Origin: Saccostrea cucullata
Lineage: Eukaryota
DNA length: 64,000 nucleotides
Reading direction: 5' to 3'
Assembly: GCF_032062105.1 (NCBI RefSeq)
Contig: NW_026935947.1
Coordinates: forward strand, 310,001 to 374,000
Shown here: positions 37,937-51,700 of the stretch, in pieces
Layout: the number at the start of each line of letters is the position of its first letter
Numbering within the stretch: position 1 is the first letter of the stretch
Translations under genes and position numbers: made by a program
The notes under the pieces: model-generated
Seen by the model: the letters and a program-made list of their open reading frames with translations, nothing else
What the model was told of the DNA's origin: nothing
Databases searched by the model: none

Positions 37937-40900
37937 ATGGAGCAGAAAGTGTACAAAATCAAAGATAAGAGGGTATTGCCTCATGCCGTTTATTTTATGT
38001 AGTAAAAAACTAATCGCTGTTGATTTTATTTTAAAATTAATTTTAAAAATAGAGAGATGCCTCCATGACAGCATTCATCCTTTCACGCAATGAAATACCT
38101 TTATTCTCAATTTATCCTAATAAAAATGTACATTTATATGCTTTTCCTTTCTTTTTTCCCCTTCATGCATATAATTTGATTTGTAACATTCTTGGTGTAT
38201 ATATGCATCTGGGCTTTATGATATTGTAACCAAGGATCATGCTAGTATTAAATAAGCCTATACATCTCTGGGTGTAGATGTAGAGATGTTTAAATACTCT
38301 AATAATTTATTATTATAACAACTGAAGAATCAGACACATTACACTTCCCTTAAAAGAAGAAGTCCCAGAAATAAAGAAATTGATAAGATTTTATATTTAC
38401 ATTTGCAAATGTTTTCCTTTATATAACACTACTGAAGGCAAGCGTTTTTATAACTGTATATTTACATTTGCAAATGTTTTCCTTTACATAACACTACTGA
38501 AGGCAAGCGTTTTTATAACTGTGTAAATACAGGTTTGGGGTCAAGAGGTCATAGATGTGCGTTTGGATAAACGTTCCACGTAATTTTTCTGTGACGTCAT
38601 AAAGGGTCGTAGAGTCGTTTAGTAGATTACATACATGCCGTTGGGTTTGAAAAATTAACGCATTTCACACGGTAAAAGTAACAATCAGACAAATATAAAG
38701 TATGAATAAGTCACAAATGTAAATATAAGTAATAAGGTATTCATTTTTTGAGTTTTGTTAGATGTAAAACGGGTTGACACATGATCAAATTTCCATAAAG
38801 CCCTTCGGGCTTTATGGGATTTGCAAAGTTTACCAACCCGTTTTACAAGCAAAAAATGATGCTTATTTCTTAGTAAATACAGGATGGGGGTAATGTCATA
38901 TGTAGATTTATTTTGTGATAAAAATAATATCTCTGTGACGTTGCGTTTAGTTTACATACATGCCGTTTTTGAAAAATTAACGCATTTCACACGTTAAAAG
39001 TAACAATCAGGCAAAAATAAAGTAATAATCACAAATGTAAATATAAGTAATAAGGTATCATTTTTTCAGTTTTATGATGTAAGTCCATTATCAAATCTTC
39101 CATAAAGCCCATCGGGCTTTATGGGAAAATGATTTTTTTTCAATAAAAATACCTTATTTCTTAATTAAAGGCAGCAAAAAACATTTTATGCTATTGACAA
39201 CGACATCCCTTTCTTTTTCCTTTTTTGGGGGGGATGAATGTCAAGATTATTTAAAAAATATGTGCAACAATTCTTTGTTGGGAGAGTTTGTTTATCAAAT
39301 ACAATACGAGTGAAAAATTAAATTATCGAATACAAAAAAAAAAAAAAAAAAAAAAACAGAACACAAAATTAATAAAAAATATACAGTACAAATGAAAATT
39401 TTTACAGTGCAATTGGAAAATTATAGAATGCAAATAAAAATTATACAAAACAAATGGAAAAGGTCGAATGTAGCAGCATTTGAATGCCATAATATGAATG
39501 TATGGAAAATATTCTCATTTTTATGGAGGTTTGGTATTTAAACTGATTAAAACTTTTTTCCTGGATGAATATGAGCCATTAATTGAAATTATTTTTTATT
39601 TCAGGGACTGGTCTCTTCTGGACCCCAGAAACAGGTGGCACCAGAGCCCAGACAGGTGTGTTGATTCTGTTGATTGGTAGTCAGTCACTGAGGTCTAGTC
39701 ATTTTCACATTATCCATATGTTCTTTATCCCCAAAAATGTTAAGATTAAAAAAAATAGCAAGTTCATGATAATATATTTTGAATTTAACGAATATATAAT
39801 TTGTACATTACCAGTATTTATCAAATATTACTGTAATAACATGTATAAATATATGTAAAATATTAATATATTTCAGACATGTGATAACCCAGATGGGACC
39901 ACACCAGGAGGAAGTAACTCGCCTGACCAGGTATATTGTAAAGTACAGAATATATAACATTTACAAAACTGAATAATTCTCAATTTTTAATTTTTTAAAT
40001 TCTGGTGTATTTTAATTTTCCTTTGTATACTGATATTTTTTCAATTATTTAAGAAAAAATATGAACTATACAAAATTCATGAAAATATATTCATTATCAA
40101 ATGTTCATTTCCAGTGTGCTTATATTTATTAGATGTAAAAACTTTCATATTTACTTTGTAGGCTGTACCCAAGAAGAGACGGTGGCGTCCATATAACAGA
40201 GTGTGGAGACGCGACCAGAAATGGACCAGAGAGGTCAATTCAGTATTATTTTATAATTATTCTGATTTCATAGACTGATTGAAACTTTGAAAATTAATAT
40301 GAATATTTAATTGTTGTTTTTTCTTTTTTATTGTAGGGACTGACATATCCCAAAAAATTAGATTTAAAAAATTGAAAATACATGATATATACAGGTGTGT
40401 TCAATATATAACATATATTCAATATTATGTGATATTACATGTATATCAAATATATTACATGTATTATTATTATACCTGTATAATATTTCAGACATGTGAT
40501 AACCCGGCTGGGACCACATCAGGAGTTGGAAACTCGCCTGTCGAGGTATATTGTAAAGTACAGAATATAAATTATAAAACTGAATTCATGTGTATTTTTG
40601 TAATTTTTCTTTGTATAATTATGATATTTTATCAGTCATTTATTTTGTACATTGTATTATTACCTAAGAAAAAAAATATAAACTAAACCAATTCATGAAA
40701 ATATATTGATTATCAAATGTTCTGTAATAGAATACTTATCTAATAAAAGTAAAAAAGTACTTCATAAACCTATACTATATTTTAAATTACTTTGTAGGCT
40801 GTACCCAAGAAGAGACGGTGGCGTCCATACAACAGAGTGTGGAGACGTGACCAGAAATGGATCAGAGAGGTCAATGCGTATTCTGTATTATTATCAGGAT

Positions 40901-43900
40901 TATTCTGATTTCATATTTTATTAAAACTTTTAAAATTAATATAAATACCTAATTGTTTTTCTTGTTTATTGTAGGGACTGACGTACCCTCAGAAGCCACC
41001 AGTATCACAGGTGTGTTAAATGATAATTCATTACTAAAATATCATTTCCCCTTCATTTTCTACAGTATTGTTGATTAAACAGGGAAGGGTAGATAGATCA
41101 AATACATATGACTTAATTTTAATTTATATACACTTTTATTTCAGAAGTCAGCTGAGCCAGGCGAGGTTTCGTCGGAGACCAGATCACCACCAACTCTGGT
41201 GTCTGACAAGGTAGGGTGCAGAAATAGACTGAATTTATATATATATAATTCTTTTAATAACAATTTGTCCAATATGGTTTGGGGCATATTTAGGGTCTTA
41301 CTGCCCCTGATTCTTTAATGTAATTATTTTATGCATGCTGTATAATGGTATTAATGTGTAGAGGTGCAACACTGATTCCCTTTGTTTTGTAGGTCGTTCC
41401 TAACAAGAAGAAGAGACACTGGACATACAACCGTGTGTGGCAAAAAGACAAGAAGTGGATACGAGAGGTAAGTTTCTAATTTATTTAAAGGGGGGGGGGG
41501 TAATTTTAAAAAGAAAAAATATACAAGTTAATTCTAACTTGAAAAAAAGTATCTGAAAACAATAGTCTAAGAGAGGAATTGCATTAATCTATGGATTATT
41601 ACAGGACAATTAAAAATAATTAATTAATGAATCAATTAAACACATTAAGTACATGCATGTATGAGGTATAAATGGTCACTTATTAAAATAAACATGTTGT
41701 ATCATAGGAGCAGACCCAGCAGCAGGCAGTGCCACCTCCTACCCCGGTACACAGGGACCACCCCACAAAGACACCACCGGTCCCAGTACCCAAACAGGTA
41801 TACATTGAATGATGGCCTTAAGGTTGTCTTGTATTTTTTATAATCATTTACAGGCTATGACGGAAAACCTTGATATCTGATGATTTAACATCAAGTAGTT
41901 ACTAGCACAAAAACCTCACAAATGAAATCTTTTTCAATCTTTTTGTTATATTACTTGATAATACTATATAGCATTTTAACAATATGACTTGTTTTGTAGC
42001 ATGAGCCACCCCCGTTTCTGAAGAAGTACTGGAGGAGAAACAGAGTATGGAGGAGGGACATGGTGTGGGTGAGAAAGGTAAACATGGCACTCTTACAATT
42101 CTCCTCCCTAAATATGATTATAAAATTCTGTCAAATTTCTTAAACTATAATTTTAGTTGCAAGATGGAGGGGGGAGGGGGGTGTTGAAATTAATGATATA
42201 TTACAAGTTTTTTAAAGATAGAAAATTTTCCACACCTTAAATAAAATAAAAACCAAAACAAAGCATAAACCGAGTTGAACTGCCGTCGTGGACTTCTCCT
42301 GTACCAGTATCTATGGATCAGAGAGAAATTGCGGTCAGGCAGTTGTGTGGAATTATGGGTAAAATGTCAAAAGGTAAATTATTTTTTCATCACTGATTAT
42401 AGGGCTGTTAAATGTAATGTACAAATATGTAACACATGAAAATTGTAAATACCATACTTATACAGTACAGGTTGATATTCTATAGTCAATGTCACCTTTG
42501 AATTGAACAGTCTTTTACACTTTCTTTTTTTATTAAGAGGGCAGGCGGTTATTTTTTTTAATCCAGCTTTGATCATTATTAGTTTAAAAAATAATTATCT
42601 GTACTTGGGAAATACCCTCCAAAGTAAATTTGTTTAAGTTGTGGCCTAGTATTTATAATTCCTTTTCCAATTTCCTTTTCATAGCCCACACCAGAGCCAG
42701 AGACTCATGCTGTCGATGAAGCTCAAGTATGTATCTTCTATCATATTTTCAATCATTGATATACCAGTGTATCTTTCAACATACATTAATCATTATCATC
42801 GGTTTTAAGAACTTAATAGTGATCATCTTTCTTTACACAGGATCCCACTTTGGTACCCTCTTCCCAGGAGACTGTATCCTCTTCCACTGACTCTAAGGGA
42901 CAGGAGACTGTTACTGCTGGATCCTCTTCAGCCACTGATGTCCCCCTTGATGATGGAGCACCCTCCCCACCTGCGGCTTCTGATGTTCCTCCCCTCCCTC
43001 CCTCTGATGAGCTAAAGACCATCACTGTCAGGGTTGGTGTAATTTTCAGTTTCTCCTCTGAATGAATCAACCAAAATTTAAGAAAAGCTTTTGATTTAAC
43101 AAAAGCTTCAGGTATTGATGTGTTTGAATTGTGTAAAAATCAATTTTTTATCTAATTTAAAACAAAAACCAATTAGAAATGACAATCATACCCGGTTAAG
43201 GCAGGCAACGAAAGGTCTGAATACTAAAATCGGAACTCGGATGTATATTTTTAAAAAAGCTTATATGTCATTAAAACATCGGTTATTATATAAAATGTTC
43301 ACTGCACTTGTACTAATCTCAGCGAGATGTCGTAGGGACTAAAATATTTGGTCGGACGTCCACTACGTTTTTAGATTACACTTGTACATACAGTAATTAG
43401 GGTTTCCTATGCCTCTAAATGACCTTTATCGCCTGTGGCAGTGTTTATACTGTAATTATCGTGACCAAACACCTGATGTACCTACCCGGGCTTTTCTCAC
43501 CTTCGACTGTCGTTTTCCCTTACATTTAGTTTGCTTTAATTATTTGTTTTCATTGAACATGAATGTCATTATATTTAAACAAATTATAATCAATTCTCAA
43601 GAAGCGTAAAAAAAAAAAAAAATCGTGCGATGATTTTGCATTTGATTACACAATTAATGCAAAGCTTTAAAAATCTTATGTCCATCGTTGCTTAAACTAA
43701 AGATTTACCGACCTAATTTTATTGTGGATAAAAGAGTCTTTTATCGTATAAAGCTCTGTTATAGGATTTGCAAGTTTAACCGTACATATAGCTCGTCTGA
43801 CAACTTTGTTGACATCAAAGCTACATCAAAGGTTACATTACATATTACGGCAGACGTAAACAAAAAAGAACCATTTCTGATTTTATTTTTCGTATTTATC

Positions 43901-44951
43901 TGATAAATAAATTGAACTTAAAAAAATGTTAGAATAAATTTCGTCGGTTACAAAGTGGTCATAATTGTTACAACGCATTTAATATCCATGCATACAACAG
44001 TTTAAAATGTTGTGTTATCAATTAACTTGTTGTTACACTTTTGCTAAGGCTGAGGGTCCGAGTAACCGAGTATCAAAAATTGACCGATTTGACATCCCTA
44101 CAAAAAATAATTAGAAATGACAATCATAGCTGCCTTTAGGCAGGCAAGAAAGGTCTGAAAAAGAAATGAAAAAAAAGTTATATGTCAAATGATCATTATA
44201 ACAAAATGTCTTCCTGTTCAGCTGACTGATGGCATACAGAGTGAGGACCAGACAGATGGGGACAGTCGCGGTGGTGCTAGCCAGAAGACCAGTGACCTGC
44301 GTTCTCCCTCTCCATGCTGCACAGAGAAAAAGCAGACAGGGGTTGAGGTACTGGATAAAATCCTACTTCAATACAAATACTGTAGACATACTTTTTTCCA
44401 CGGGGTCATAAATTCCGCGGAATCTCGATTTCTGTTTAATCCACAGGTAGAAAATTACAGATTTTCGGATTTCGGAAAATTACGGATTTTCTAGATTGTC
44501 TCTATGTGCCTTACATTTGTACTAAGTATGACTGGATAAATTTCCGCAAAAAATTTGTGACTGCGTACATAGTGAGTGTAAATTAATACCACGCGGAATT
44601 TTTAAAAGTACTTCAGTCTAGAGTACATTAAGTAACTGTTTGAGGTATATGTGTCTGTATTATAATGCAACAATAATTTTTTTATTTTTCATATTCTAGA
44701 ACCAGTCCACCCGGAAGCGGAAGAGGCCCAGTGGTACTTGTGTTCCCTCAAAGAGACAAAAGACTGCTTTGGTAAACATATTTTTGATTTTAGTCATACA
44801 TTTAAAGAATTTAAAAAAAAAAAAACCTTTTGGAATATATATGTATGTGTATGTATAAAACTTGTTAAATTATAATTCTTTATTGTAGTTTTCACCGATG
44901 GAGATTGAGATGCAATCCCTGGAGCAGATGTTCGCGGCCTGGACCTTATGA
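37937..44951 (+). CDS. Uncharacterised ~392-aa low-complexity protein encoded by 16 phase-0 exons, with four W/R-rich repeats and a C-terminal NLS-like motif
   Basis: Exons 37937-37972, 39605-39655, 39877-39930, 40162-40233, 40492-40545, 40798-40869, 40975-41010, 41145-41210, 41393-41467, 41708-41797, 42000-42077, 42685-42726, 42841-43032, 44222-44347, 44700-44771, 44889-44951(TGA). All are GC-richer islands with AG/GT borders, lengths divisible by 3 and an open frame. AATAAA at 45354-45359. Confidence 0.8.
38390..39170. repeat. Locally duplicated palindromic repeat
   Basis: Two related copies, each with the hairpin CCATAAAGCCCWTCGGGCTTTATGG, plus a short tandem duplication at about 38390-38520. 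Confidence 0.55.
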
Positions 44952-45736
44952 GCTGGGCGCCGGTGTAGGAACTTTTACCTGTGTGACTGTATGTCTGATG
45001 TAAGATGTTTGGGTTGGGATTTTACTTTTTCTGGGTTTATAGATCGTCACACAGGTAAGTGCTGCTATACCTTTGTATATATTTGTACATAGTTCACATT
45101 TTATCACTGTAAATAGTTCAGATTATAGTTTTGCTTACCGGTAACCTTATTTTTTTTCCCAGATTAATGTTTAAAAGATTTACATTTGTTTTGTTTCTTT
45201 ATTTTAGATTTTCTATTTATTTTTATTTTTGATTGTGTTTATTTCTTAATCATGATTTACCGGTATTACGTGTTGTTTGTTTTTTTCCTTTTTTGCATTG
45301 TGAGAATGCTTTACGGTATTTGGAACATTGTAAATACTTGCATGATTTTTTCCAATAAACATAAAACATCTATTTTTGTTGTTGCTGTGTTTTATATTTT
45401 ATAAAGGAGGCAAACAGCAATATTATACTGTCAAGTTGAAAACGTACATTCAAGTGGAAAACATGGAGAAAAGAAAAAATTTTACGACATATACACTTGT
45501 CGAAAGGAAATCCTCTAGTCAGGATGGTTTCTATTGTTATTCAGAATTTTTTGTCCAAAGCACCATTTTACTGAAGACAGCAACTTGGCCCTGACACTCT
45601 CTCTGACTTATGATTCTACAGAATTCTCATCTAACTATCTTCTGCCTGATAGCAAGTCATGGCTGTACTATAACTGCAACACTGTTGGTATCAAACAATT
45701 GGACATGTTTTTCTAAGTGGGCTGGATGGTCTTTTT

Positions 45737-48700
45737 TCAGTGCAGAAGTCTGTTGTATTCAGCCATCAGTTGTGATTTCTTTACAGCCTCAAATGTTCTT
45801 GCTGCATAATGAAACCTACAAAAGCCGAGAATGACAGAAAGCCTCAGCAAAGATTAAAAAGCCTGGATAAAATAATGAACAAAAAGCTGGAGGCCCAAGG
45901 GCCTTAATGGTTGCCCGAGTATAATACAAAGGATCCACAGTATAACTAGGTACTCAAAGTTTACAAAGCTTACAAATTTTGCCTTGAAGTAAGGAAAAGT
46001 TCCATATTAAACTAATAATCTGGTTATGCACATCTCAAGATGCAACATTTAAGCAATCTTGATCAGATAGGACTAGCAGTTACTTGGGAATGAACTTATC
46101 CAGAAGCTTCAAACTCAAACTCGCCTCAAACTCACTCATTCAGAAAATTCATTCAAATCCAGCATCTGATGTTAGTGTTTATCCCTTGATGCATCACCCA
46201 TGCAAGTGAAGTTCAGATAAGCTTTATTGTTTCGTAATGAAAAGAAACTTCTTGAGAATCCAGCATCTAAAGCAAGTTTAGTAGTAGGCATCCTTAGATC
46301 ATGATGTATCATCGATTCAAGTTTGGTCAAGATACAGCAAATATTTACTTTAGAATGAACAAGCTCCAAACACTTTAACCTGTTCCCTCATCCAGAAAAT
46401 ATAGGTTGGATCCAACATTAAAAGCAAGTTTAGTAGAGTGCATCCTTAGATGTATTACCTATTCAAGTCTGGTCAACAAAACTTTAACCTGGACACTCTA
46501 CCATGAAACATAGGTCAGATCCAACATCCGAACAGCCTAGTAGTGTTTATCCTTGGACGTATCATCCATGCAAGTTTGGTCAGCGTAGGGTTTATAGTTA
46601 TTTTAGAATTTGTCCAGAAAAAGTAGGTCAGATCTAGCATCCACAGCAAGCATGGTAGCATGCAGCCTAAGATGATCCATGCCAGGTTGGCCGACATAGG
46701 GTTTATAGTTACTTTTGAATGAATCTGCTCCAAAAACTATCACCTGGTCACTTGTTCAGAAAATGAAGGTCAGATCCAGCATCCGAAGCAAGTCTGGCAG
46801 TGGGCATCATTAGATGTATCATCCATTCAAGTTTGGTAAACATAGGGCTTACAGTTACATGTATTTGGAAAAAGGATCTGCTCAAAAACCTTAACCTGCT
46901 CTAACACATTATCCTGGCCATACTATTGCTGAAATTGCAGCATTTGAAAACTTGGCTGATACAAGGAAACACAAGGAAAGCATCTTCCATGCATTTCTGA
47001 TTAATGTTGGGCAAAGAAGTACTTAGAAGGAAAACTGCATCTAAAACATTAACCTGGGACACTGACACCAATGCAGAGGGTATCACATAAGCTCCCCCAA
47101 CTTAGTTGAAGTGAACATGAGAAAAAGTGATAGATGATAAAGCTATGTCGCCCAGAATCAAAATAAATCAGATGACCAAGGAACAGCAAAATAATTAATG
47201 TATTATTCAGTAACATATGTAATAGCATATCTACGTATTTGTTTTTATCAGTACATTCTCCCATTTGTTTCTATCACCATTCTGACTAACAAAACTGCTT
47301 CAGCACTAATAGAATACCAATTGCATTCCCTCTCACATTGGTCTCTCTTGTGTTCTCAATTTTGAAGAGAAACATTTGCTTATCATGGCTTTGCACTTAG
47401 TTTGCTTAATATCCAGGAGAAGGAAAATGTTCAAGGTATTTATAGAGTTCACTAAATGCTCATTTCAACCCTACCCTAATTGAGAATTCCTGACTGTCGG
47501 GCCACAGCTTATCTTAAATGGTAAGAAGAGGCAACCTTGCTCATTATAATCAGACACAGTAAAACTGGGTTATAACAAAGTTTTCTCTGACAATGTTGTG
47601 TCCGTAATTCGTTATATCCGGCATGGAATCTGTTAAATTTATATGTTTCCAAGATAACTTCGCTATAACCAGTGTGGTAAACTAGGGTAGCCTCTGTACC
47701 TACATTAACAGGCTTATTATACTGTGGAGAGAAGAGGAAAGAATTTATGCATTTCACCATATGTTCATTAAACTACAGAACCCGACCATTGGGCCACAAT
47801 TTTTAGAAAAATTGCTTTCAAATACTATACATTTTTATTTACATTGTCCCATATGGTTGAAGAGATTATCTATGTAATATTTATGATGCTAAATTGACAC
47901 AGTTTGCTGGGAGATTATGTTACTTGCAATCTAAAAATGATTGCAAAGAAAGTGAATAGAATCTGCATTAAAAAAATACTGTTGATGTAATATTTCCACA
48001 TTTCTTCAATATCTACTTCTGATAGTTTAAATCTACTTTTTAACCAACCTTGCTAACATGTATGCAGCCAGATGATATTTGATTACTGTAAACCAACTTT
48101 ATTCGCGACGACTTTATTTCGCGATTTATCGGGAGTAAACTAGTTCACAACGAGTAATTTTCGCGATCAAGTCTTTCTGGAACTATTTTTGATAGAAAAA
48201 GAGACTTTAGGGACCAGTTCGCGGCGAGAAATATTCGCGATGACAATGTTCTTGCGAACCTCGCGAAAATTTCTTGCACGCGAATAAAAGTTGGTTTACA
48301 GTATCACTTACCATGAGATTCTTTCTTATTTTCCATATTTGGAAACAGATACAAGTTGATGTCGGTTGGCTGATGTTTCGGTAACCCTGACAACAGGTTT
48401 CCACTTGCCATAGACACTTCCCCTGCAAAACATTAACAAAGCAAGGAAAGTGAAACCAAGGGAGATAACTTCAACTGGATCGTTAGAAATTGATACCATT
48501 GGTACCTTTTAATTTGAGCTTTGAGGTCTCCAGCATCTTGGAGAGTGTTGTTTGCATAGCCTGGTGTGTTTCTCTGCTGAAATGATCTCTGGTGCATTTG
48601 TTCTGCACGAACACTATAAATAGTAAAACTTATTTGATTAAATCACAGAGTGTATGTAATTCTTAAGTTTATTTTTAAAATCATGAAATAATTGACTTCT

Positions 48701-51700
48701 TAAACATTAAAATTTCTTTGCATCAGAAAACCAAAGAAAAAAAGTTTTGAATTTCAATTATAAACAAGAGGCCCACAGGCTTTATTGGTCAAACAAGTAT
48801 CATGTATCAACTTTTGTGAAAGTTTTCAACCAGAGGCCATGAAATCAAAGGTTGAAAGAGGCAGCATCGCTCATCATAACTATACGCTTGGTTTGACTGC
48901 TTAATTCCCAGAGACAGAGCAACGGATCAAAGAAATAATGCATTTTCACAAACACTACAAATGATAAAAATTATTCGATTAACCACAAAGTGAATGTAAT
49001 TCTTTAGTTTATTTCTAAAATCATAAAATAACTGACTTCTGGAACATTAAAATTACTTTGCATCAGAAAACTGAAAAAATGAACCAGTTAAACAAGACAG
49101 AATAACATTTAAAAATTTCATGTTTCAAATGAACATTTTCAACCTGAAATTAAAGTTTGAAAGAGGCAGCATCGCTCATCATAACTATACACTTGGTTTG
49201 ACTGCTTAATTCCCAGAGGCAGAGCAACGGATCAAAGAAATAATGCATTTTCACTATATTACAGTAGTATCACCACCTCACAGGAACCCATGGCACTGGA
49301 GCCACATATTTCATAATTTTTAAAAAGTCATGCTTGCTCATCATAACTATGCATTCAATTTGTTCCTTTAATACTCAGGAGCAGATAAAATGTTTGAAAG
49401 ACATAGTGCATTTTCACTATATAATCAACAGAGCCCCACCATAGCACCAGAACGCTTGACCCTGAATTTTGTAATTTTGGAAAAGGCACCCTTGCTAATC
49501 GTAACCTTGCACTTTGATCGTCAGCTTACTTCCTAAGAGAAGAGATTTTTCAAAAGAATAAAAATTAATTTTCACTTAGTAATCATTACTGCCCTGCTCT
49601 AACACCAGAATCCCAGACCCAGGAGCCATGACATTCACATTTTGGATGAGGCACTCTTGCTCATCATTATCATGCACCCAGCTCATTGGCTTCATACCCA
49701 TGAGGAGATTTTCAAAGAATTAAAGCATTTTCACTTTTTAATGATAAGATCCCCACCCAAACACCAGAACCCCTGTCCGAGGGGCCATGGAATTCATAAT
49801 TTGAAGGAGGCACCCTTCCTCATCAACTATGCATTTACACATAGTTTGTTTAACTCCCTGGAAAAGAGAAAAAAGATTTTTGAAAAGAAATAATTCATTT
49901 TCACTATATATTCAACAGAGCCCCACCCTAGCACTAGAACACCTGACCCTGAAGCTATGAATTACACAATTTTGGTAGAGGGCTCAATGGTTATTACAGT
50001 CCTGCCAACAGTTTCCTTTCTTGATGTTTGGGAGTAAAGAAGAATATTTCTACAATATGCTTTTAACCCCACCCATCAGGCCTCCGTGAAGGGAGCCAAA
50101 AATTTAATTTAACAATTTTCACATTCCTTCACCAATAAATGATATTTGTCAAAATTGAAATTGGTTCAGTGGAACCAAAGAGTTCACATGAGTAAACTCA
50201 GGTGACCTAAAAATTTAATCTGTACCTAGAAGTTTGTGATTTTGAATTTTTGTAATTTTGATTGAAAAAACTGAACATATGCAAAAAGGACTTGTATTTG
50301 AGACTCATGATTGTGTCTGGAGTAGTTCAGGTGACTACAATATCTTCAAATGTTTTCACATAAACCAACCGATTCTTGGGTAGTAATCATTAGTGTCCTC
50401 AGATCCTGATGAGCTATCGTGACTGGAGGAGGGGGTGGAGGGCTTCAACATCTCAGCTGTCTGTAGAAATCTGTCAAACAGACAATTGTAATGAATAAAA
50501 AGAAACCAGAAGTCTCTGCTGAGACTGTAGCTCTACTGGTCTGTACATATAACAAAGGAAAGGCAGCACTTGGATTTGAAACTTTGCAACAGACAGCAAT
50601 AAACAACTCACCTGATTAGATCAATATCTGCAAAATGGACCAGCCCTTAACAACCGACTTGATAAGATTAATATCTTGTACCAGTCTTGAACTACTCACC
50701 TGATAAGGTTGATATCTGTGAACCACTCACCTGATAAGGTTGATATCTGTGAACCAATCTTGAACAACTAAGATAATGTGACACACTGACATCATGAATG
50801 CTGCTTGGTGCAGGGACTGAAATGAAAACAACGATAGCTATTTAGTACATATACACAGGGTAAAATTTTATACAAATCATTACCCAAGACATTATACATG
50901 TAATTGAAAAGGAGAAGCAGTGCATTTGTTGCATTTAAAAATTATCTCCATTCACACAGAGAGTTGTTTTCCTTTTATAGGTCAGTCCTGTACCCGTACG
51001 ACCTTAACATTCAGAATCAAGACAGAGTTTAAACTGTAAAGATGAGTGCTTTGCTCAGTCACCTGCATTTCCACACAGTTTTCAGCAGTGCTGTACTCTG
51101 GAGGGATCTTTTTCTCTTGTCGAATCATTTTGTCAAGAACAGATGGGCTCATGATTGGCTGAAGAAAAAAAGAAACAATAACTGTGTTTGCATCAAGATG
51201 GCAAAATAGAATACATGGAATTATTTTACCCCTGTAAAAATTTGTCAACTTTCAACAAATAAAAAATTAGACAATACTGAGAAACAGATTTTATTGGATC
51301 ACATTTGTACCTTTGCTCTAACAAGTAAAATGGCAATGAAATGTAAATTTATAGAAATGGCAAACCTGAGAATCTAAGAATATAGTTCTCTCTCCTGTCA
51401 CAAACATATTAATCCCACTGGTCTGGTGTTCACATAATTCTTTACTGTCTCTACTTTGTGGTGGAAATATGTACTGCCTGTCCCATGAAAAAAATTCTAA
51501 TTTTATTGTCCATTCAAAATATATCTAGGTGCATATAAAGTAAAGGTAACTAGTACATTGTATTCTCATCTTTAAAGGTACTCAGAGAGGACTACTTTGC
51601 CCTGGTCACTCATCTGAAAAATTGAGGTCAGATCTAGCATCCAAAGCTAGTCTGGTAGTGTTCATACCTAGATGCACCATCCAAGCAAGTTTGGTTGGGG

